Below are positions 48,238 through 57,700 of a stretch of 64,000 bases of DNA, one piece after another (within the stretch, counting starts at the first letter, position 1; each line of letters opens with the position of its first letter). The stretch covers positions 10,726,001 through 10,790,000 of the forward strand of contig OX442314.1 of NCBI GenBank assembly GCA_949358305.1, written 5' to 3'. The DNA is from Strigamia acuminata. Taxonomy: Eukaryota. The notes under the pieces are model-generated. The model was not told where the DNA came from. It worked only from the letters and a program-made list of their open reading frames with translations, and searched no databases. Position numbers and translations under genes: made by a program.

Positions 48238-50406
48238 TTACTCCAGATAAGTTTCCTTAAAATCTGTTATTTCTTCTTGACTATAACCGCACATCAGCAG
48301 CCACGCATTGGGTAGATTTTGGTCAAAACCGTCTTGTAGCAAGCAACAAAAAGGTAAGCACTTCATGCAATAACTGACGTCTTGTGAATTGACAAAAGAA
48401 TCATTCACAAATTTTTCCATTACCATCATACGACTAAGCACGTTAGAGTCTGCGCACGCACTGTAAACGAGACAACAGCAAAATTCCTTGAACACAATCA
48501 TTTCATTGTCCGGTAAAGTATTTCTTCGAGTGACACAAATAAGTTCCAAAAAATCGCTATCCAGCTTTCCAGCATCACACGCATCGATAATTTCAGATAG
48601 TTTGTAGAAACTAATCAGCGCAGGTTTTTGAAGGTTTCTAACGCCGTCCCACACTAATGCATCGATGAAACATGAATAATAAAAACCCCGCCCAAAATAA
48701 CGCGCCAGTGTAGACAAAATTTCTTCTAAGTCGGACGCAACCGCATCACTCATTCCTTCGGATGCAATTTCGGGGAGCCAATATCGAAATATATCGATCA
48801 AATTCGATTCTTGTGTTTTGCTGGTGAAGTGGTGAATGAGAACCGATTTCTTAAGCCTGCTCATTTCACTCGCATTCGAAAAACAAAAACTCAAAAATCT
48901 ATTAAGTTTCGTCCACTTGTTCGCTCTAATTTCGTTGTAACGCACCGATAGCTTAAGCCTGCGCATTTCACTCAAAAATATTCCTGATCTTTTCTTTCTC
49001 AAAACTTGATCGACTGATCGATCTCGTTTCGTCCACTCGTACGCCCTAATTTCCTTGTCAAGCAACCTGCGACAGATCTCGTTCGCAAAGTAGGAACAAT
49101 GCACTTTAAAAGTTGTCATTTCACTCTCAGTCGTGATGTATTTATTTGCAATTGACTCCAGAAAATCCCAATGGAAATCATCCGTTTCTGTAAAAAGTAA
49201 CTGAGCAACACACCTGCTCAAAATCATTCTTCTCTTTTTGATGTCCGTATGGTTAAGCAATAATAAATGGAAATTATCAAAATCTCGCATCTCGCAAAGC
49301 GTGTAGTGAACGAACGAATATTTAAGCTCGTATCGACAATTCCTCATTTCCTCGGGAGCATTTTTCCAAAAACGAATCAAACAGTCCTTGACTCTGTCTC
49401 CTTTGGACCAAGAACGAACAGACTTGCTCATCACCTCATAGAAGTCGTCAGCCGACGCCATCAGGTTTAGAACACGGCTCGACTTGGGCGTGAACGAGTC
49501 CGTGTGCAAAAAATGTATCAGTACGGGCGCGACAGGTCTCAATCCGAATTCCGAAGAGAAAATGGTCCACAATTGATACTCGTCCATTTCACCAAGTAGA
49601 AAGTTCATGATGCCCGTCTCGAACGTGCAGTAACAATCTTCGTCGTGTGGGTCATCGTAGAAGTGTGAAATCAAGTCTTCCAATTTACTTTCTTGCCGGA
49701 TTAGCAGCTGGATGATCGCATTTCTTTCGTACGGTGTCATGAGGGACCAGAAATATTCAACGCCACATGGGTTTGCTAGGTCTATGGAGAGGGAAAACAT
49801 TTTGACTTTCATGTTGAAAGGAATCTTTGAAGAGTCGGTTTTAATCGTCATCCTTTTCCAATATTTGTACATAATAGTTTTTAACTTTGAGTCCTTTTGT
49901 TTGTCAAAAATCTTTTTCAAAATGTTTCCACATTTGTTCGAAATATCTTCCACGACATCTGCGATGCAACAGACGACGGCGAGGCAAAATCTGGATTCGA
50001 CCGTCCATTCCTTTAACTCTGAGAGAACCTTTGCTGTTTTGGTCATGTCTAATTGTCCATATATTGACCATTTCGTGCATTGGATAATGGTTTTCGCTAA
50101 TTGTCCATTGATAAGAAAGCTTTGGCTAATAAAAACGTGGGAAAATAAGAAATTAAGCACATCCCACAACTGGCATCCGACGTGCTTCGCCAAAGACTTC
50201 AACAGTAATTTTAACTCGTTCGGAATAAGAAATTCATCCACTAGTTTGGAAACTGCTTCCTCAGCTTCTGACCATCGCCTTCGACGACAGTCTGCACTGA
50301 TTTTCTTGCTACTAATTTGAATATTGAAATTATACTTCCATAGTAAAACCGAGATTTCTATTAAGGTGATGTGTTTTAAACTCGGCAAGTCCAAGATGGA
50401 CTTCAT
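48238..50406 (-). CDS. Tandem family copy H, 722 aa
   Basis: Intact intronless paralog; mosaic of D-like N-half and E-like C-half. Confidence 0.9.
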   Translation of the reverse strand: MKSILDLPSLKHITLIEISVLLWKYNFNIQISSKKISADCRRRRWSEAEEAVSKLVDEFLIPNELKLLLKSLAKHVGCQLWDVLNFLFSHVFISQSFLINGQLAKTIIQCTKWSIYGQLDMTKTAKVLSELKEWTVESRFCLAVVCCIADVVEDISNKCGNILKKIFDKQKDSKLKTIMYKYWKRMTIKTDSSKIPFNMKVKMFSLSIDLANPCGVEYFWSLMTPYERNAIIQLLIRQESKLEDLISHFYDDPHDEDCYCTFETGIMNFLLGEMDEYQLWTIFSSEFGLRPVAPVLIHFLHTDSFTPKSSRVLNLMASADDFYEVMSKSVRSWSKGDRVKDCLIRFWKNAPEEMRNCRYELKYSFVHYTLCEMRDFDNFHLLLLNHTDIKKRRMILSRCVAQLLFTETDDFHWDFLESIANKYITTESEMTTFKVHCSYFANEICRRLLDKEIRAYEWTKRDRSVDQVLRKKRSGIFLSEMRRLKLSVRYNEIRANKWTKLNRFLSFCFSNASEMSRLKKSVLIHHFTSKTQESNLIDIFRYWLPEIASEGMSDAVASDLEEILSTLARYFGRGFYYSCFIDALVWDGVRNLQKPALISFYKLSEIIDACDAGKLDSDFLELICVTRRNTLPDNEMIVFKEFCCCLVYSACADSNVLSRMMVMEKFVNDSFVNSQDVSYCMKCLPFCCLLQDGFDQNLPNAWLLMCGYSQEEITDFKETYLE

Positions 50407-51280
50407 GGTTTGAAATGTAAAAAAGAATGTGTTGTTGAATTGTAAAAATAATAATATTCATTATTACTTTACAATAATAGTCTTGCCTGCTTTAAACGTC
50501 ACAATTGTAAATTTAACATAACTCATTATCGCGCATATTCTTGCCACTCCAGCTAGGCGTAAGTAATGCATCTGAACACCGCTTTTCCATATATTTGTAA
50601 ATGATAATATTTGTGGATAATTGACCCTATTGTCGCTATTTTTGTATCAACTGGTTAAAATCACGAATGACAACAGATGTAAAGAATTTAAAGTCGGTTT
50701 TTAATGCTCCTGGTGCTAACGCAAGTAAAACTATATTTGTAATTTGCATTACACGCTCCTGCACTGGTGCTAACTCAAAAAATGAACGCAGGGATCCGCC
50801 AGCTGGTGATGTCGAAGCAAACTGAAGCTACCGGTAGTTGATTGCATTTTATTGACATAAAACATTTTATTAGTCGTCGTTACCAAATCTATTACGGAAA
50901 TCATAATTTTCGCTGTATTAAAATTATCATTTAAATGTGTTAAAACAATTTCTCGAGGGTGTCACAACCTGGCAATTTAACACAAAAAATTTAACCAAAT
51001 TTAATGTGCAATAAAATAAATATAAGAAAATACATTGACATCAATCTTTCCAGCAATATAACATTTAACATTTTTTTGAAAATACATTAATTTATTACAA
51101 GTTGCCTCAGCTTTGTTTATTGTCCACACATTAGTGAAAGTGTTTCACTTACAATTTAAAAAATTAATGCTAAAAATTGCACAAACTTTCGGCTTTAGAA
51201 ACGAGAAGCAAACTGGTAAATTTAGTTGAAACTTAGTTGAAACAGTTTGAACCTACACAAACATGTATTTTTAATCCTTA

Positions 51281-51809
51281 TGCACCGATTACAAATTCCC
51301 AAACTTTTTAACCGGCAATGCCACTTGCCCCGTAGGACACGACGACGTTATGATATTTAAAAAAACTGTCAACTACACGTGTCCAAGCACTTTCGAGAAC
51401 GCGCACTATTGCCTGGCGGTCATCGAGACGCATTGGTGCAGCACGACCGAAGTGGTCACCAACGTAACTTACCGTTTCGGCGGAATGTACAGCACGTACG
51501 TGACCAATTTCCTCACCGGAAGCCGCAATTGTCCGCCTTACTTTCACCCGATGCCCATCTTGGGCATCCAGATTTGCACGAGTTACCAGTACACCGATAA
51601 AAGCAGCGGCGGTTTGCAAAATATCCATTTGGGAGGGTTTATAGTTATTTGTACGAGCGAAGATCTTGTGCATTTACCCGCGTGTCCTATTGGATATACT
51701 CGTCATTTTGCCACGTTTTACGAAAATTGTAAAAATTTTTATTGCGCGCATTATTAAGATAGAGTTGCAATTGCTCAAGCCGCCAACTTTTATTGAAGGT
51801 GGAACTTAA
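51281..51809 (+). pseudogene. MPEG1-like exon-2 long fragment 5
   Basis: Near-identical to 24961-25502; small deletion gives an early stop at 51757; same left junction as fragment 3. Confidence 0.9.
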
Positions 51810-53555
51810 AGTTGTCCGTAAAGTATTGCCGAAAAAATAGCAAGTGTTTGTTGTAAATTTATGTCTTTGATGTAATTTGATGTACAAAAGTGAATAAATT
51901 AAAAATGTGATCGGGTAAAATGTGTTTTATTTTGATTGCTTAGTCGGTTTGCTTTCATTTTATTTTATTTGAAGATTCGCAAAGTCGATTTAAATGAATT
52001 TTGAATGAAAACTAACTGTAATTACTGATTTTCTAGGTTTTGATGATGAGAGAATAAAAGGATGTCTTTTTTGGTTAAGAACAAGATTTATTGTAATTTC
52101 TGGGGGTCGCAAATACAAAATCAGGGGAACAAAGGGTGAAACAAGATAATTTATGACACTTTTACAGCACTTCCGGTCACGCGTCATCCAATATCACTCA
52201 AAAACACCTCCTGCAGGTTGGCTTCTCTGCGCTGCGCTGTGCTTTTCCCCTGGAGTACGTGCGACCTTGCTGCTTCTAACAACGCCAGTTTTTACACTGG
52301 GGCCGGAGTGGTATCACCACTCAACTCTTCCATGTCGTGAGTTTCCAGAACGCACAATCGCTGTACGGGTCGCCGCAAGTTCTTCCCGACTGATAATTTT
52401 ATCTCGCATGCACGAACACGACCGTCTCGTCCTCGGAATATTTCGACGACTCTTCCTATTTTCCAGGTCATCCTGGGCTGGTTTAACTCTTCTACGAGAA
52501 CAACATCTCCTTGTTGAACTTCTCGTGAATTCTTGTCATTCTTACGGTGAACTCTCAATTTGGTGAGATATTCCTTTTGCCATCGCGTCCACCAATGTCC
52601 TAACTTCAATTGACGGAGTTTCCAACGCTTCAAAATCGTGACTGATGTCGATGGCAACTGTTGAATGGTTTTTTGGCTGGGGTCTGGCAATGTACAGCTT
52701 CGTTTTCCGACCAGAAAATGAGCTGGAGTGAGTGGGTGACTGTCTTCGTCTTCAGTGTATACGTAGGAGAGTGGTCGCGAATTTATGCACGACTCGACCT
52801 CCGAGAGAATGGTTGTCAATTCCTCAAAATCTAGGGATGACTTTCCCAAGACTTTTTTCAAGCTGGACTTAGTTGACTTCACCATACGTTCCCAAAAGCC
52901 ACCCCACCATGGCGCACGTTCGACGATATACTGCCATCTCACGCCTCGTTCGGTCAGAAATCCCTGCATTTGTTCGCCTCTCACTGCATTCAACAAAACG
53001 CAAAGTTCTTTCTCCGTTCGCTTGAAAGTCAACGCGTTGTCGGAGTAGATCGTGCTCGGGACTCCTCGGCGTGCAAAAAATCGTTTTAACGCTTGAAGGA
53101 ATCGCTCCGTATTCATGCTCGAAACTAGTTCTAGATGTACGGCTCGAACAACCGCGCACGTGAATACGACGATATAACACTTCTCGCCACTGCGCTGGTA
53201 CAATGGGCCGGCGAAGTCGACTCCAACGACTTGAAATGGCTCAGCTTGAGTGACACGATCTGGTGGCAACGATGATTCTGTCTGGCGCACGAAACGTCCT
53301 TGCACTCGCTTGCACACGAAACATTTGTGTAACACGCTTTTTACTGTCCTTCTCAGCTTTGGCATCCAAAACTTTTGACGAATTTCTGCCAAAGTCTCTC
53401 CAAGTCCACCGTGGAAAATTCTTTGATGTGCTTCTGAAACGATAAGAGTGGTTAAAATGTGATTTGAGGGCAAAACATAAGGATTTTTCATGTTGCTGTC
53501 GATTTTTGCCCATCGCAATCTGGTATTCAATCGCATTAAACCATTTTCGTCTATA

Positions 53556-54780
53556 CAGGGTGGAACAAAAGTCTGTTCCCCTCAAATATTTCCTGAGCAA
53601 TTGCATCTAGGCCAACTTTAATGAAGTGATCATATAGGAAGTTGGGTGAGAGCAATCCAATGATGTCATCAAATTTGACCTTGAAGGCCATTTTCAAGGT
53701 TATTCACTTGCTAACTTCTAAACCAATCACGTTAGAGCAAAATTTCAAATTACAAAGTTGTAGAGCACCATCAAATTAGTACTATACAATTTATCTTAGT
53801 CATCTTCAGTTAAATGATTTATTTTTAAAAAGGAAACAAATTAGAAAAAAAATCAGCAAAGTGAAATTTTTTATTCTTGTAAAAAAAAAATTATTGAGGC
53901 ATTAAAAAAAGATAGTGATTTTTCTTGTGTACTTGTACAATAATGCACATTTGAATACATTTATTTAACACTAGAACGGCCAGAGTGATCATTTTGACCG
54001 GAACAGCTGTTTTAGACAGCTGTAGCAATTAACCCAATGGGTTTACAATGCTGGTATTTTTTCACTTTTACTAACTTATGATACTTTACATCATAAATCA
54101 GCAAACGTAGCTTTTTTCTGTAAAAAAAATTTAAAAAATTGAATTGACCTAGAAAGGCCGAAAGCGGTCAAAATGACCGCTTGAAACAACGCGCACAAGA
54201 CGTGCACGAAATGTGGACAAAACGCGCACAAATCGTGCAAAATACATAAACAATACGCGTATCTTGCGTTTTGCCATCAAATTGACCAGTAACACGCGAA
54301 ATATGTGAGAAAATAGCAAAATAAAAATTGATGGTTTTTATTTTTTTTTATAAAACCTGATAAAATTAAATTTCCGTTTTTAATTTTATCAGATTTTATA
54401 AAAAAAAAATTCCGGCCTTTCTAGTGTTAAGTAATTCAGTATTTTTGTAGTAGAAATTTAATTTTTGCCTCAATAGGTGACTTTATTTCAGCTGATTTGT
54501 TTTCATTTTAAAACGAAAACATTTAACTTAAGATGACTAAGATAAGTTGGATGGTACTAATTTAATGGTGCTCTACAACTTTGTAATTGGAAATTTTGCT
54601 CTAACGTGATTGGTTTAGAAGTTAGCAAGTGAATAACCTTGAAAATGGCCTTCAAGATCAAATTTGATGCCTTCATTGGATTGCTCTCACCCAACTTCCT
54701 ATATGATCGCTTCATCAAAGCTGGCCTAGATGCAATTGCTCAGGAAATATTTGAGGGGAACAGACTTTTGTTCCACCCTG
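53556..54780. mobile_element. Tc1/mariner-type foldback MITE inside BEL pol
   Basis: TIR CAGGGTGGAACAAAAGTCTGTTCCCCTCAAATATTTCCTGAGC, TA TSD; removing it restores SCYIDENGLMRL in frame. Confidence 0.95.
53969..54426. mobile_element. piggyBac-like MITE nested in the Tc1-like MITE
   Basis: TTAA TSD, TIR CACTAGAACGGCC / GGCCTTTCTAGTG; single TTAA at the equivalent site (about 42908) of the other copy. Confidence 0.9.
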
Positions 54781-57700
54781 TATAACACGAGACTTTGTTC
54801 AAAAAAGAGTTATGAGCGAACTCCTGACGATGGCTGAGTGCTGCGAGTTCTGTTGCAAAGTTCGATTGTTGCATTACACGAAGCCAATAAAGCTCTGCTG
54901 CTGATAATTCATCCACCGTCAACGGTGCGCCATTTCTAACTTTGTCTCTGGTGTTTTTGACGAATCTTTGCACCCATCCGGTCACTCGTACTAATCGTCT
55001 CCAGCTGCCGTATTTTGATGGCTCGTCCATCAATGGTGGCTCTGGAATCACGGCTGCTGCTGCCAAATAGTCCTCTGAATCGATCTCGTCGCTATTCTCG
55101 TCTATTTTACTGCTTGGCCATTCGTTCTCATCCTTCACAAGCCACTCGGGGCCACTCCACCACACACTCGCTTGAATCAACGCCTCCGCATCTATTCCAC
55201 GTGTTAGGAGATCCGCTGGATTCTGGATTCCTGGACAGTGTCGCCAACTCGAAAAAGGTACGTGTGTCTGGATTTCTTCCACTCTCCTGGCTACGAATGG
55301 AATGGCTTTTCTTTTCTCGTTTAGCCAACACAAAACAATTGTTGAATCTGTCCAAGCTGTGACTTTCGCGGTCGTGAATTGCTTCAGTCTGTGTGCAATT
55401 CTGGCTAGCAGCAAAGCTCCCATCAACTCGAGTCTGGGCAACGTAATCGTCTTAATTGGCGCGATCCTGCATTTGGAAAGAATAAAAAATACATTACAAC
55501 TTCCACTTGGGTGACGCACACGATTGTACGCCACCACTCCGTACGCTAAGGGGCTCGCGTCACAAAACAGATGGATTTCGTGATTGTTTAAGTCTGCATC
55601 CAAGCCAAAATGCCGTGGCACGCGAACATGTTCCAACAATGGTAACTGCTTTTTCCATTTCTCCCACTGTTCGAGAAGTTCGAGGGAGAGACGACTGTCC
55701 CATCCAATCTGCAATTTCCACAACTGCTGGAAAAACAGCTTTACTGAAACTGTAAACGGCGACGCAAATCCTAACGGATCGAAGATCTGTGCAACCAATT
55801 GAATAACCTGCCGTTTAGTGTTCGATTCACGTTCCAAAGTTGCTTTCACATCCTCGAGTTCTAGTGACAAGTCGTCTCTCTCACCATTCTACTTCAGGCC
55901 CAACACTTTTTGCTCACTTTCGAACGTTGCAGTTGGATGGTCAACAGCAAATTGCTCTCGTAGCACTGGGGAATTGCTGTACCACTTCACTAGTTCCATA
56001 TTGGCTTCGAGCATGATTGTTGACGTCTTCTTGTAGACATCAATGGCTTCTGTTGTTGTCTTTTCACTGTTCAAAAAGTCATCAACATAAAATCTCTTTA
56101 ACAATTTCATAATTAATTCGGGAAAACGATCTGCATATTGTTCGAGATGGTGTTGTATCGTTCCGTTCAAGAGATAGGGACTTGGAGATGCTCCAAATAG
56201 GACTCTGGTTTGTCGGAGAATCTCCAACACGATTGGTCCTTCAACGTCCCATCCATCCGCGATCCACAGAAACCTCACCGCATCTCGGTCAGCTAACGCC
56301 AGCAAAATTTGATGAAACGCTTGTTTAATGTCTCCAATCAATGCCACAATGAATTGTCTGAAAAATAAAAGGGCATTGATTAATTCTGGAAGGAGATTTG
56401 GTCCTGTAAACAGGCAGTCGTTGAGAGAGCGACTCTTCTGCGCGTGCGACGAGGCGTCGTAGACTATGCGCAATTTTGTGGTGCTTCTCCGCTCTCGAAT
56501 TACTGGTCGATGTGGGAGGTAGTAACACCCAGTCTGGTTGGCTACTTCTGGGGCCGTTTCGATTATTCCAGCGATTTTCTGGTCGTCCAGAACCTTCTTA
56601 TAGCGGTGGTACAAGTCCAGATTTTGTTTAAACTTGCGAACAAGATTCCACAGTCTCTTAAGTGCAATTTGATAGTTGCTGTCTAACTCTGATTTGTCCA
56701 GCAACCAAGGCAGTCGCACCTCGTACCGCTCACCCGTCCAGTTGATGGACTCTTTAAATTTTGCTACTGCTTGATCATCTTCGTCCTGGGCGCTGGTGAG
56801 AGTTTCGTGGGGAATGCCTACTGCTTCCAACTCCCAAAAACGTTGAAGAAGGTGGTCGAGTCGGTCTTCATACTGCACAAGATTCACGTGGGTTGCTGAC
56901 TGTCTAACCGTCTCATCTTGGCTTCTGATCGCGCCGTGGATTGTCCAACCGAGAGATGTGTGAAGACACATCAATCCCTCATCTAAACGTTTCGATTCGC
57001 CTGTTACGATACGCCAAAAGTGGTCCGCTCCAATTAGAATTGCCACCTCGTCTTGTTGGGTCGACATCTGGTCGATATTTAAGGTGATCTTGTGTTTGCG
57101 CAACATCTCGCGCACGTTTGGACCCGACTGCCTCGCGACTGAGTGAGTTATTCGTGGCACCTTGATCAATTCTAAATCAACAAACTTATTAGTATCAGTA
57201 ATATTTCTTAAAGTCACTTTCACGCGACGACGACAAACGCTCTCTGTTTTAGAGTCGCCAAAACTGGAAATCTGCATATTTTGCTTTCCCACTACTTGGG
57301 CATCGAGTTCATTCACTAGTTTCTGGCTAATAAACGATCTGTGGCTTCCGCCATCAAACATGCACTGCACAGCCTTGGTTTTACAATTCGATTCCACATT
57401 TGTCATTAATACTTGCAAAAATAAGTCAGTGTTCTCTGCTGTAATTGCTGCTGCTGTCAACGTCGACACAAGAACGGTCTCTGGCTTGGTATTCGGCGCT
57501 TTGCACAACAGGATATGGTGAAACCGCTCACAGTTCACACACTTCTCTTTCTGGGGACAGCTGCGCGCCATATGTTTGCTGCCCAAACATCTAAAACACG
57601 TTCGTTTTGACATGCACCGCTTCAATCGATCTGGAATGTTGAGCGGACAATCTTCCTTCTTGTGCGACGCATCGTCGCAGAATACGCAACTGGATGATGA

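Noticed and set aside
27823..50320. Recurring 150-200 aa antisense ORFs within family genes
   Set aside because: Shadows of the sense CDS, copied by duplication, with inconsistent starts and no recognisable motifs.
11599..50406. Bacterial or viral contig suggested by long intronless ORFs
   Set aside because: Spliceosomal introns, polyA signals, LTR elements and MITEs are interleaved; an ancient lateral origin of the family remains untested.
55889..55891. Programmed stop read-through in BEL pol
   Set aside because: The TAG replaces the conserved W of KVLGxxW after the RT core, not at a gag/pol boundary, so a simple nonsense mutation fits better.
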